From positions 1-43,456 of the forward strand of contig PEYJ01000022.1 in NCBI GenBank assembly GCA_002774425.1: a DNA stretch of 43,456 bases, written 5' to 3'. Below the pieces are notes generated by a model, which searched no databases, was not told the DNA's origin, and saw only the letters and a program-made list of their open reading frames with translations. Positions within the stretch are counted from its first letter, which is position 1. Every line of letters begins with the position of its first letter. Source of the stretch: Parcubacteria group bacterium CG08_land_8_20_14_0_20_48_21 (GTDB taxonomy: Bacteria > Patescibacteriota > Patescibacteriia > UBA1544). Both the position numbers and the translations under genes were made by a program. Below are positions 15,610 to 25,049 of the stretch, one piece after another.

Positions 15610-17650
15610 TCACGCGGCCACTTTCCAGCTCGGTAACCTCGTCGGCGTACGGGGATGCTTTTTTTATGAGGTTGGCGGCATCGGTCCAATAGTCATTCAT
15701 GACGATGAATACTTCGCGCGCTCCCGTGAGCAGCATAGCGGCTTCTGCCGGTGTGCGTGTGGGATCGCTATACACGAAGTCCATGTAGTATTGGTAGAGC
15801 GGAGAGCTCGTGGGGATGGCATAGTAGAATAATTCCCCCGCATCGGTTGCGCTATAGCGCGCAAAGCCATGTGTCGCAAGCGCGGCGGCCGAAACCTGCT
15901 GATTGGCAAGTACAACGTAAGAGTCCGTTCGCGCATGCGTAGCAATGAAACTGACTGCCGCAAAATCCGCGCCACTTGTATTGATAGCCCTTCCCTTCGC
16001 ATAGAGATCATTTGTAGGGTAGGACGCATACAGCGACGAAACAATAATTGCCACAATAAGGAGTGACATACACGCGCGCGGAAGCGAGGAGGTTCGCCGT
16101 AAGAGGTCAAGCGTAAGCAGAAATCCACCGAGCGCAAAAGGCAGGACTGAAAACCATAACAGATCAAGAAGCCGTTGGCCAAAAGCGCCGGTTTCATAGG
16201 AAATAAGGTATGGAAAGTCTAGAAAGAATTTGAGAACGAGGTAGTTTCCGAGGAGTATGAAGGGAAGCACGAGATAGGCCGACAAGCGTGCTGCGTCTTC
16301 TGCAGCGGAGGCTCTACGCCACATCCGGTAAAAACCCATGAACGCAAACACGAGAAAAAGAAACCACGAAACCGTTGTGAGGTGTTTGGCACAATCCAAG
16401 AGGAGATTGAAGTGGATCACCGGAAGCGATCGGAGATGCGCAATGAGCGTAGATGGTGAAAAAGAAGGCAGGCGCAGGTTCGCGGTTCGCGCGGGATTGG
16501 CGATGCCGGCAATAATAAAAACCAGCGGCAGCACAAGTGATGCGGCAATTCCGTAGAGTGCTTGCAGTGTTTTGGGAACATAACGGCGAACGAACAGAAA
16601 ACAAAGCCATACAAGCAGAGGAATGCCGACCAGCGGATGTATGGCGAGTGCGGTAATGGCCGGAAGCCACACGATGCCGTTGCGTATCGGACCATCCGGA
16701 AGCATCAGGAAAACAAAAAGTGAAGCGGTAAAAAATATATAGGCGAGATAGAGCGGAGTGGAAAATGCGAGAGGAAAGAAGGGAATGCAAAAGATAGCGA
16801 GAAGTCCTATATGCGGTGTGAGATCGCGAATGCTGAAGCGCTCTGCGTAGGTCTTAAGCCAGACTGCCGCAAGCGGGAGAAACAACGTAAGGGTAAGCAT
16901 GGGTACGAGCCATCGGTCAATCCACTTGAGCGGGAGATGGGTGATTGTTGCAAGTATCTCTACAAGGGCATAGAAGCCTATGTAGTACGGCGACTTGGGA
17001 TAGACAACCCCGTGTTGTGCTATGAGCTGTTCCGCTGCCTGATGGATGAATGGATCAAAACCGAATCCAAGCGGGTAGACCAGTTGGGTTACCGCAAGCA
17101 GGGGTACTGCGGCGGCGATGCAGTGCGCGAGCGTCAACGATCCCGTATTTTTTTTGAATGCCAGGATGAGCAGCCAGAGCAGCATGACCGCTACCAGAAC
17201 AAAATAGAGCGGAGGAACAATATCCCACGGCGAGCGTATCGCTTCACGTGTCGCGACATGCGCGAGGATCCCTAGCGAGGCAGCGCTTATCCCGAGGACT
17301 GGCAGAAAAGCATATAAACCACTTCTTTGGATTTTCGGCAGGCGGGGACGTCGCAAGGAAAGACCGAATACTAACGGCACGATACTCACCATAAACGCAA
17401 GCCATTGCGGCAGCGCAAAGATGTAGTAACAGATCGTGCCGCCCACAATCCACAAACTCAACAGGATAAGAAGTCCCAATGACCGCGGAAGGGTACTATC
17501 GGTCCTTGCTTCAATTGCGTCGGTGAGCGCTTCGCTCACGAGGTATATAAACAAGAGCGCGATCAGCGAGGCCACAATCGGCTGCGACACAACGCATGCC
17601 GCAAGGAGTCCTGCACATAGGAGTATTTTTGGAAATATGGTATACTGCAT
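15578..17650 (-). CDS. Large polytopic membrane protein with a C-terminal soluble domain; possible GT-C-type glycosyltransferase (function unknown)
   Basis: The track ORF runs to 17863. I prefer ATG 17650 (MQYTIFPKILLCAGLL...), which leaves a ~160-nt divergent promoter region. The protein has about 14 hydrophobic segments, a conserved-looking loop YPLGFGFDPFIHQAAE, and a ~170-aa non-hydrophobic C-terminus. I could not assign a family by eye. Confidence 0.5.
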   Translation of the reverse strand: MQYTIFPKILLCAGLLAACVVSQPIVASLIALLFIYLVSEALTDAIEARTDSTLPRSLGLLILLSLWIVGGTICYYIFALPQWLAFMVSIVPLVFGLSLRRPRLPKIQRSGLYAFLPVLGISAASLGILAHVATREAIRSPWDIVPPLYFVLVAVMLLWLLILAFKKNTGSLTLAHCIAAAVPLLAVTQLVYPLGFGFDPFIHQAAEQLIAQHGVVYPKSPYYIGFYALVEILATITHLPLKWIDRWLVPMLTLTLFLPLAAVWLKTYAERFSIRDLTPHIGLLAIFCIPFFPLAFSTPLYLAYIFFTASLFVFLMLPDGPIRNGIVWLPAITALAIHPLVGIPLLVWLCFLFVRRYVPKTLQALYGIAASLVLPLVFIIAGIANPARTANLRLPSFSPSTLIAHLRSLPVIHFNLLLDCAKHLTTVSWFLFLVFAFMGFYRMWRRASAAEDAARLSAYLVLPFILLGNYLVLKFFLDFPYLISYETGAFGQRLLDLLWFSVLPFALGGFLLTLDLLRRTSSLPRACMSLLIVAIIVSSLYASYPTNDLYAKGRAINTSGADFAAVSFIATHARTDSYVVLANQQVSAAALATHGFARYSATDAGELFYYAIPTSSPLYQYYMDFVYSDPTRTPAEAAMLLTGAREVFIVMNDYWTDAANLIKKASPYADEVTELESGRVTILHYLQQAE

Positions 17651-17812
17651 AGCACTACCATACCATGAGAATACAGAGAAAGGTAGCCTCACATTTTTTC
17701 CTCCCGTGCAGGTAAAGTGATATAGTGTATGCGTAACAAACTGCAGATTCGAGGCAGAATCCCCAAGCCCACAGCCGAAAGCGAGCATCGGCTGCATCCG
17801 CAGGATCACTTT

Positions 17813-18346
17813 ATGGAACGATTCGTGCTGTGGATGATTCCTCCCCGGGTGACTCCAAACCACATCACCCTCATCCGTTTTGTGAGCGTGCCGTTTGTAG
17901 CGTGGCTTTTGTGGGTGGAAAATTATCTATGGGGTTTTCCGCTCTTTGTATTATCCGCATTCACCGATGCGATTGATGGATCCCTGGCGCGCACCCGTAA
18001 ACAAATTACCGATTGGGGAAAACTCTATGACCCGCTGGCAGACAAACTTTTAGTTGGAACTGTCGCATATATTCTCGTGGCAAAATATTTGTACGCCGGT
18101 ATCGTTTTTGCAATCATATTTTTGGAGTTTATCGCCATACTTACCGGTTGGTATCGCAAAGCGCGCGGTATTATCGTGCAGGCGAATATCTGGGGAAAAA
18201 TCAAGTTAAACCTGCAGGTGACGGGCATTTGTGTGGTGCTCTTGGGTGTATGGGGAGGCGGCGCGATATTTTTTACGGTAGCATGGTGGCTCCTCATCGC
18301 CTCACTGCTGTTTTCCGTCATCAGTCTTGTTACCTATGGCATCTGA
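17813..18346 (+). CDS. CDP-alcohol phosphatidyltransferase family protein (small, 177 aa)
   Basis: The motif DAIDGSLARTRKQITDWGKLYDPLADKL matches D-G-x2-A-R-x8-G-x3-D-x3-D. The track ORF opens at 17729. I prefer ATG 17813 (MERFVLWMIPPRVTPNHITL...). Confidence 0.8.
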   Translation: MERFVLWMIPPRVTPNHITLIRFVSVPFVAWLLWVENYLWGFPLFVLSAFTDAIDGSLARTRKQITDWGKLYDPLADKLLVGTVAYILVAKYLYAGIVFAIIFLEFIAILTGWYRKARGIIVQANIWGKIKLNLQVTGICVVLLGVWGGGAIFFTVAWWLLIASLLFSVISLVTYGI

Positions 18347-20033
18347 TACGGCAACGTATACCACAAGCTCCGGACGCATCCGTGTGCGTCGTGGCGCATT
18401 CCTGCTAATTGGTGCGGGCTTTTTTTTTGTGTACAGCTGGCTTTCTTTTGCAACCTATCCCAACACGCAAGAAGTGTGGAGGTTTAATTCCCCTGACGCC
18501 ACCGCTAATTTCGTTTTTGCGCGACAGGTGGCGTTGGAGCATACACTATTCGTGAGAGAACCCCTTAATCCTGCCTATGCGGATGTTCTGCATCCGAGAA
18601 GCGTCAATGTATTGGGTGGCACCTTGGTTCCGGCTGGTTTTTTGGGACTTCCGGTATTGTACGGCGCGCTTGCAAAAGTTTTCGGTGTCAACGCCATCCC
18701 GTACTTTACTTCAGCTTTCTCGGTAAGCGCCATTTTTGCTTTTTATGGATTTGTAAGAAGGCTTTTTAGTGAACGCGTAGCGTTCGTATCCGCGATGCTG
18801 CTTTTTATGCACCCGGTGTTTTGGTACTACACGAGCCGAGGTCTTTTTCCTAATGCGTTGTTCGTGGATCTGTGTATCATTGGCTTATATTTTTTGGGAT
18901 CCATGAGCCCCTCCTGGAAACGCGATGGCCGTCTCTCGCGTTCCGTGCTGCTGTGTGCGCTGTTTGCGGGCGCCGGTTTCGGCATGGCGCTGTTAGTTCG
19001 CCCGGCCGAAGCTTTTTGGATTTTCGCGCTGCTTTTGACCCTGTGGGCGATCTATCGGCGCATTATGCCACTCAAACTTGTCGGTATCTTTGCGGGTATT
19101 CTGGGGTGTTTTCTTTTTCTGCTTCTGGCGTTGCATGCGGCTGTGTACGGATCCCCTCTGGCGACTGGCTACCAGCAGCTGACACAGGCAGCGACACAGG
19201 ATATAACCCGAAGAGCGTCTTTTGGCCAATATCTTTTGCCGTTTGGCGTTGACCTTGAAATGTTTCTGGTGCGTATATTTAATTTTGTCGCACAGTTTTT
19301 TTGGTGGCTTACCGTACCGTTGATCCTGGGGCTCATTTCCTTTATTGCGCGTTTCAAGGAGAAGCCCCTAAAACAAAAAGTTTTCTTTCTGTACATCGCA
19401 GTATTGACCGTCTATCTTGGACTATACTACAGTTCCCTTGATGTAGCTGACACCATAAGCGAGGAAAAGGTAACCATGGGAACCTCCTACCTGCGCTATT
19501 GGCTCCCTTTTTTAATAGCAGGCATTCCCTTTATTGTTTTGGGACTGCTCTTTATCTTGCGGGCATTGCGCGCGTACGGTAAAAAATTTCAATTTTTTGG
19601 CGGGGCTGTTACGGTATTTTTTTTCATGCTCCTTGCCGTGCAAATCGTACTGCTGCAAGGCAATGAATCGCTTGCCGCGGTGAAGACGAGCATCAGGTCT
19701 TATCAAAAGACCTTGGCGCAGGTGCAAGAAATTGTTCCGAAAAATGCGCTTATGGTTACGGAATATAACGATAAAATCTTTTTTCCCGAATATCGCGTTA
19801 TAGTGCCAACGGAGCGTAAAAAGGCCTTTAGCCAAGTAACGCGTCTTCTAGAGGATATTCCGGTATGGTACTATACGCTTGCTTCACCGGATGATGTTGC
19901 GAAAAACAAGCTGCATCTTGTGGCGGAGGAGCCTCTGGATTTGCGCTACGCGACCTCAACGGCACCCGGAGAATATCTCTATGAAGTGGTACCTCTGGAC
20001 TATGCAACGCACAATGAACAACAGGGATCATAA
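18336..20033 (+). CDS. Polytopic membrane protein, ArnT/PMT-like (GT-C) candidate
   Basis: The ATG at 18336 overlaps the previous stop by 11 nt. The protein has about 12 TM segments, and the first extracytoplasmic loop reads FNSPDATANFVFARQVA, which resembles the D-x...A-R loop of ArnT-like enzymes. The C-terminal domain is soluble. The family call is tentative. Confidence 0.45.
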   Translation: MASDTATYTTSSGRIRVRRGAFLLIGAGFFFVYSWLSFATYPNTQEVWRFNSPDATANFVFARQVALEHTLFVREPLNPAYADVLHPRSVNVLGGTLVPAGFLGLPVLYGALAKVFGVNAIPYFTSAFSVSAIFAFYGFVRRLFSERVAFVSAMLLFMHPVFWYYTSRGLFPNALFVDLCIIGLYFLGSMSPSWKRDGRLSRSVLLCALFAGAGFGMALLVRPAEAFWIFALLLTLWAIYRRIMPLKLVGIFAGILGCFLFLLLALHAAVYGSPLATGYQQLTQAATQDITRRASFGQYLLPFGVDLEMFLVRIFNFVAQFFWWLTVPLILGLISFIARFKEKPLKQKVFFLYIAVLTVYLGLYYSSLDVADTISEEKVTMGTSYLRYWLPFLIAGIPFIVLGLLFILRALRAYGKKFQFFGGAVTVFFFMLLAVQIVLLQGNESLAAVKTSIRSYQKTLAQVQEIVPKNALMVTEYNDKIFFPEYRVIVPTERKKAFSQVTRLLEDIPVWYYTLASPDDVAKNKLHLVAEEPLDLRYATSTAPGEYLYEVVPLDYATHNEQQGS

Positions 20034-20592
20034 AATAAAAAATATAGCCCGCGCAATTTTTGTTTTTACCGGAACACTGTTTTTTTTCTGGCTGTTTTTA
20101 CAGAATGCGGTATGGAGCGGAACGTTTACCGCGGAGCAGAATTTTCACGATTCGTCGGTACTCATTTCTCCTTTCAGCCCAGAAGCTACGCGCGTCCATA
20201 CGCGGGATCGCGCACAGCTTATTGTCGGGGAACCGGTCTATCTTGACTTGCGCGTACCGCGCAGTTTTGCTACCGTGAAATTATCGCTTACCTATCGTAC
20301 GGACTACGGAGGTATTGTCCGTATCGGACCCGTACTCGACGAACACGCATGGCAGTTTGTGTTGCGTCCTCTGGAAACAACGGTATTGCAAGATGGATGG
20401 ATGCGCGGGACGGCGGAACTTGATTTGACGGGTGTATCGGCAAAGGCGGATCGGCGCGTGCGCGTGCTGCTTTCCGCGCCGGGTATATCCGAAGAGCTGC
20501 CGATAGAATTGCAAAATATACGCGCGGAGTTTCAGGGGAAGCCGATGACCCTGCAAAAACTTTTTTCTCATATATGGTTGGAGAAGTTATAA
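20014..20592 (+). CDS. Hypothetical membrane-anchored protein
   Basis: The ATG at 20014 overlaps the stop of the previous gene. The protein has one N-terminal TM segment (IFVFTGTLFFFWLFL) followed by a ~150-aa domain with no motif I recognise. Confidence 0.5.
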   Translation: MNNRDHKIKNIARAIFVFTGTLFFFWLFLQNAVWSGTFTAEQNFHDSSVLISPFSPEATRVHTRDRAQLIVGEPVYLDLRVPRSFATVKLSLTYRTDYGGIVRIGPVLDEHAWQFVLRPLETTVLQDGWMRGTAELDLTGVSAKADRRVRVLLSAPGISEELPIELQNIRAEFQGKPMTLQKLFSHIWLEKL

Positions 20593-20966
20593 AAAAAATA
20601 CACGCGACCCCAGTAATCCAAACAGTTATTGCGGAGTTTTTCCGCGCGGCGCTTGTCGTTGGATCCATAGCTATGGTACTGGAAGTGGTGCGGCCCGGAA
20701 CAGTAAGTTATTTTGTCAATCCCCTGATAATTTTACTTATCGTTGTGGGAAGCGCACTCGTAACCATTGGGCTGGTACCTCCAAAAGCAAATATAACTAC
20801 GCAAAAGAGTGATTGGTGGTTTTTGGGTGTGCTCGCACTTGCCGCAGGATGGGTGATTGGATGGACCCTGCGGGATTTTGGCTGGCTGGCATGGGTACTT
20901 GGTCCAATTACCGCTATGATGGTTGCTGCGATTGGCATGGAGTTGGATAATGAGGAGGAAGCATAA
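20574..20966 (+). CDS. Hypothetical small integral membrane protein (about 4 TM)
   Basis: The 130-aa protein is hydrophobic throughout and has an acidic tail, ELDNEEEA. Its start overlaps the end of the previous gene. Confidence 0.5.
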   Translation: MVGEVIKKIHATPVIQTVIAEFFRAALVVGSIAMVLEVVRPGTVSYFVNPLIILLIVVGSALVTIGLVPPKANITTQKSDWWFLGVLALAAGWVIGWTLRDFGWLAWVLGPITAMMVAAIGMELDNEEEA

Positions 20967-21012
20967 ACCTTAACCGCCCGCATCTCTTACGCAATTGTGG
21001 GTATGTACTTAT

Positions 21013-21426
21013 ATGGCCGACTGTCTTTTTTGCAACATACGCGACGGGAAGATACCATCCGTTACCGTGTACGAAGATGCTTATGTCTTTGCGTTCTTGG
21101 ATAGCAATCCGGTAAATCCCGGGCATACGCTCGTGGCGCCAAAGATACACTGCCGACGCATGTCAGAAACCGATAATGCGATGCTTGCGCAACTCGTTGC
21201 CGCGGCAAAAAAACTTGGGGATGCCGTGTGTGCGGCAATGGGAGCTTCCGCGTACAACTTTATGACCAATAACGGAGCTGACGCCGGGCAGGTGGTTATG
21301 CACCTGCACTTTCATCTCATTCCCCGATTCTCCGGAGATGGCCATCGCATGTGGAAGGGTACGCCTTATGCGGAGGGTGAGATGGAAAAGATTGGAAAAA
21401 TGATTAAAAAAACAGTCGGAGTATAG
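21013..21426 (+). CDS. HIT-family (histidine triad) nucleotide hydrolase/transferase
   Basis: The protein begins MADCLFCNIRDGKIPS, contains NPGHTLV, and has the histidine triad HLHFHLIP. The track start at 20995 is TTG. I prefer ATG 21013. Confidence 0.85.
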   Translation: MADCLFCNIRDGKIPSVTVYEDAYVFAFLDSNPVNPGHTLVAPKIHCRRMSETDNAMLAQLVAAAKKLGDAVCAAMGASAYNFMTNNGADAGQVVMHLHFHLIPRFSGDGHRMWKGTPYAEGEMEKIGKMIKKTVGV

Positions 21427-21516
21427 GGAGTTTGCAAAGGTGCTTGCGCACCGCTAGGGCATGCTACGTGAGGCGGTATTGCGTACCCGAGAACTTTTTG
21501 GTAAGGTGCTTACGCT

Positions 21517-22140
21517 ATGAAAGAAGCGCAAACCATACTTGACAAAAAAATTGAAATTGCGTCCCGTCTATTTCAGGAAGGCAAAATAACTTTGGAGGAA
21601 GCGGCGCAGCTGGTTGGTGTGTCGCAAACTTCCGCGTATAAGCTGCTGGGCAGTCAAGCCCAACCCGTACCCGTCGCAGCAGCCGGCATTGCGGGCGTAC
21701 AGATTAAACATCTGGTAACGCATGCGGATGATCGGGGATTTTTTCGGGAAATTGTCCGTGACGATGACGGCCTCTTGCAGAGATTTGGCCAAACATCAGT
21801 TACCGTTACCAACCCCGGTGTCATTAAAGCGTTTCATTGGCACAATCGGCAGGATGATATCTGGTACGTAGCGTCCGGTATGGCGCGGGTGGTACTACAC
21901 GACATGCGCGAGGATTCGCCGACTTTTAGAAAAACGCACGTAGTGTACGCGGGAGAACAAAATCCCGTGGTTATCCGCATTCCCGTCCGCGTAGCTCATG
22001 GCTACCAAGTTATCGGACGCAAACCGGTGATGTTGTTGTACCATACGACCGAAAGCTATAATCCTGCCGATCCCGATGAGGAACGTATTCCGTTTGACGA
22101 TCCGAACGTAGGCTTTGACTGGTCAATAAAAAACCGCTGA
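21517..22140 (+). CDS. rmlC: dTDP-4-dehydrorhamnose 3,5-epimerase-family cupin with a ~55-aa N-terminal HTH-like extension
   Basis: The core reads HADDRGFFREI...IKAFHWHNRQDDIWYVASGMARVVLHDMREDSPTF...VAHGYQV. The N-terminus reads MKEAQTILDKKIEIASRLFQEGKITLEEAAQLVGVSQTSAYKLLGS and is not part of ordinary RmlC proteins. Confidence 0.75.
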   Translation: MKEAQTILDKKIEIASRLFQEGKITLEEAAQLVGVSQTSAYKLLGSQAQPVPVAAAGIAGVQIKHLVTHADDRGFFREIVRDDDGLLQRFGQTSVTVTNPGVIKAFHWHNRQDDIWYVASGMARVVLHDMREDSPTFRKTHVVYAGEQNPVVIRIPVRVAHGYQVIGRKPVMLLYHTTESYNPADPDEERIPFDDPNVGFDWSIKNR

Positions 22141-22161
22141 CGGGAAGCTTGCTACAAGTAT

Positions 22162-23325
22162 ATGCCCGATGCACTCAAGGTATTGGTTGACAATCTTCTT
22201 GCGCAACATCTACTCACCCAAGACGAGGCTGGTGTTTTTTTTCAGGTATCGGCACATGAAACGAATACGAATACGGATGCTGCACAGCCAATATCCTATA
22301 CGCCAAAGAACGTGCTCGTGACAGGAGGCGCGGGGTTTATTGGATCTCATTTTATCCGGTTCATGCTCGCCACGCACCCCAAGGTGATGATCATCAATTT
22401 TGACAAGCTGACGTATGCGGGAAATTTGGACAATATACGGGATGTTGCGGCGCAGTATCCCGATCGCTACACCTTTATACAAGGGGATATTGCGGATGCG
22501 CCAACGGTTGGGAAGCTCCTGGCAACCTACCCTGTTGATACGATCGTCAATTTTGCCGCGGAAACCCATGTAGACCGCTCCATCCTGGACGCGGGTGATT
22601 TTATGCGTACAGATGTTTTAGGAACACGCGTACTTCTGGAAGCGGTGCGTACGCATAAGGTGGCGCGCATGGTGCAGGTGAGTACGGATGAAGTGTATGG
22701 AAGTATTCCGGAAGACGCCTTTACCGAAAGCTCGCCGTTGGCGCCAAACAGCCCCTATGCCGCAAGCAAGGCGGGCGGCGATCTTTTGGCGCGCGCGTAC
22801 CATATGACCTACAAGGTGCCGGTGGTCATCACGCGCTGCTCAAACAACTACGGTCCGTTCCAACATCCGGAAAAACTCATTCCGCTATTTACCACGAATT
22901 TACTTGAGGGGAAAAAAGCGCCGCTCTATGGCGATGGACTTCATGTGCGGGACTGGCTGTTCGTTGGCGATCACTGCCGCGCACTCAATGTCATTTTGAC
23001 CCGTGGCGTTACAGGCGAGGTATACAATATTGGCGGCGGGGAACAAAAAACAAACCTGGAGATTACCGAACACATTCTCACAACCCTACATCTGGATGTT
23101 TCCCGCATCATGCAGGTGCAAGATCGTGAGGGACATGATCGCAGGTATGCCATTGACTGTACCAAACTGCGGGGACTTGGATGGATGCCACTGTATCGCT
23201 TTGCGGACGCACTCACCAAAACCATTCACTGGTATGCGGATAACATGTGGTGGTGGAAAAAAATAAAAAATCCCGCCTTTCAGGCATACTACGCGCAGCA
23301 ATACGATAAGCGATCCCCAATCTAA
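22162..23325 (+). CDS. rmlB: dTDP-glucose 4,6-dehydratase
   Basis: The protein has VLVTGGAGFIGSHF, LTYAGNLDN, STDEVYG and YAASKAGGDLLARAY motifs. ATG 22162 gives a 50-aa N-terminal extension. GTG 22312 would give a canonical (M)LVTGGAGF start. Confidence 0.9.
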   Translation: MPDALKVLVDNLLAQHLLTQDEAGVFFQVSAHETNTNTDAAQPISYTPKNVLVTGGAGFIGSHFIRFMLATHPKVMIINFDKLTYAGNLDNIRDVAAQYPDRYTFIQGDIADAPTVGKLLATYPVDTIVNFAAETHVDRSILDAGDFMRTDVLGTRVLLEAVRTHKVARMVQVSTDEVYGSIPEDAFTESSPLAPNSPYAASKAGGDLLARAYHMTYKVPVVITRCSNNYGPFQHPEKLIPLFTTNLLEGKKAPLYGDGLHVRDWLFVGDHCRALNVILTRGVTGEVYNIGGGEQKTNLEITEHILTTLHLDVSRIMQVQDREGHDRRYAIDCTKLRGLGWMPLYRFADALTKTIHWYADNMWWWKKIKNPAFQAYYAQQYDKRSPI

Positions 23326-23366
23326 CCGCGTATGGCGCAGTCGGAATGTTTCACCTCACTTCACGT

Positions 23367-24230
23367 ATGCATAAGGTACTGATTATCGGATCAACCGGCA
23401 TGCTGGGCTCCGCACTTATCGCGCGCTATGGCGTTCGGCAAGCTTTCGGGATTGATCATAGCTTGGTTGACATTGCCGACAAGGTGGAACTTACGGCTTT
23501 TCTCAAACAAGCCAGACCCCGCCTCATCATCAATGCCGCCGCCTACAATGCGGTGGACGCGTGTGAGGAAAGTCAGGAGGAAGCCCTCCGCGCGTTCTCC
23601 GTGAACGGCGACGGGGTGCGCAACCTTGCGGCGTATGCAGCCCGCAACGACATACCGTTCATTTCGTTCAGCTCGGATTATGTATTTGACGGGCGCAAGG
23701 GAGTATATATTGAAACAGATACTCCCAAACCCCCGAATGTCTATGGCGCCTCAAAACTTGCCGGAGAAACGGCGCTGCAAGATATCGCACGATCGCATCC
23801 TGTCTGGCAATGGTATCTGGTACGCACCTCAAAACTTTTCGGAAAACCCGGAAGTTCACCTACAGGGAAGCGGAGTTTTTTTGATAAGATACGCGAGAGT
23901 ATGGCAAACGCAACGACCGTGGAAGCCATAGACGGTGAAACGAGCTGCTTTACCTACGTTCCCGATCTCGCGGAAGCGGTTCTGTCTCTTGAACGGGATG
24001 TCGCGGCACCCGGCATCTATCACTTGGTGAATGAGACGCCGGTTACCTGGTATGCGGGAGCGGTTGCGCTGGCGAAACTCGTAGCGCCCGATACGCGGAT
24101 CGTACCCGTATCCCCGGAACACTTTTCGCGTCCCGCTCCGCGTCCCGCAAGTTCGGTACTTATGAATACGAAGCGGCCGGTGCTGCGGCCGTACACCGAA
24201 GCGCTCCATGCTTTTGTGCGTGAGATCTAA
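23367..24230 (+). CDS. rmlD: dTDP-4-dehydrorhamnose reductase
   Basis: The protein has MHKVLIIGSTGMLGSAL, NAAAYNAVDACE, SSDYVFDG and PPNVYGASKLAGE motifs. The track ORF opens at 23346. Confidence 0.85.
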   Translation: MHKVLIIGSTGMLGSALIARYGVRQAFGIDHSLVDIADKVELTAFLKQARPRLIINAAAYNAVDACEESQEEALRAFSVNGDGVRNLAAYAARNDIPFISFSSDYVFDGRKGVYIETDTPKPPNVYGASKLAGETALQDIARSHPVWQWYLVRTSKLFGKPGSSPTGKRSFFDKIRESMANATTVEAIDGETSCFTYVPDLAEAVLSLERDVAAPGIYHLVNETPVTWYAGAVALAKLVAPDTRIVPVSPEHFSRPAPRPASSVLMNTKRPVLRPYTEALHAFVREI

Positions 24231-24284
24231 CGCAATAACTCATCCCTTACTCTTTTCTTCAATTATCCGCAAAACCATTCAGCT

Positions 24285-25010
24285 ATGAAAGGCATTATTC
24301 TTGCAGGAGGATCCGCAACGCGCTTGAGGCCGTGCACGAAAGTTACGAACAAACACCTGCTTCCCGTCTACAATAAACCGATGATCTACTACCCCTTAAA
24401 CACGCTTTTAAAAGCTGGTATTAAGGATATCCTGATTATCACCGCGCCGCAGGGCGCGGGTCAGTACTTGAATCTCTTGGGCAGCGGCAGGGAATTCGGC
24501 GCCCGCTTTACGTATGAGATACAGGATCATCCGAATGGAATCGCCGAAGCTTTCATCATCGGCGAAAATTTTATTGACGATGATAGCGTAACGCTGATAC
24601 TCGGTGACAACATCTATGAAGATGATTTGAGCGGTGCCATTTCCTCATTTGTGCGTGGCGGACGTGTTTTTGCCAAAATCGTTTCCGACCCTGAACGGTT
24701 TGGCATTGTGGAAATGGACGCGCAAGGGAAAGTCCTTTCCATAGAGGAAAAACCGGAACACCCAAAAAGCAATTACTGCGTGACGGGTTGCTACATTTAC
24801 GACCGTTACGTTACCGAAGCGGTCAAGCACCTGCGTCCGAGCGGCAGAGGGGAGCTGGAGATAGTTGATGTGCATAATTGGTATCTGGAGCGGGGCGAAC
24901 TTGATGTGTGCGTTATTCAAGGCGAATGGATTGATGCGGGAACTTTTGACAGTTTGTACAGAGCTCAAATACTTGCCAAAGAAAAACTACAGCACCGGAT
25001 GATTATCTGA
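24285..25010 (+). CDS. rmlA: Glucose-1-phosphate thymidylyltransferase (short form)
   Basis: The N-terminus reads MKGIILAGGSATRLRPCTKVTNKHLLPVYNKPMIYYPL and the protein also contains ILGDNIY. It is 241 aa long. Confidence 0.85.
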   Translation: MKGIILAGGSATRLRPCTKVTNKHLLPVYNKPMIYYPLNTLLKAGIKDILIITAPQGAGQYLNLLGSGREFGARFTYEIQDHPNGIAEAFIIGENFIDDDSVTLILGDNIYEDDLSGAISSFVRGGRVFAKIVSDPERFGIVEMDAQGKVLSIEEKPEHPKSNYCVTGCYIYDRYVTEAVKHLRPSGRGELEIVDVHNWYLERGELDVCVIQGEWIDAGTFDSLYRAQILAKEKLQHRMII

Positions 25011-25049
25011 TAGCCCCGAAGGAGTATCTTGAAACTTACAGGATGTTTT

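Noticed and set aside
21454-21462. The 9-mer CTAGGGCAT occurs about 30 nt downstream of two stop codons, at 21454-21462 after the HIT gene and at 26178-26186 after the GT2 gene.
   Set aside because: Thousands of repeated 9-mer pairs are expected by chance in 43 kb, and the flanking sequence aligns poorly.
22162-22311. RmlB might carry a 50-aa N-terminal extension (MPDALKVLVDNLLAQHLLTQDEAG...) parallel to the RmlC extension.
   Set aside because: I did not promote this to a finding. GTG 22312 would give the canonical (M)LVTGGAGFIGS start, an open 50-codon stretch can occur by chance, and the segment has no motif I recognise. It remains possible and needs N-terminal mapping or orthologue comparison.
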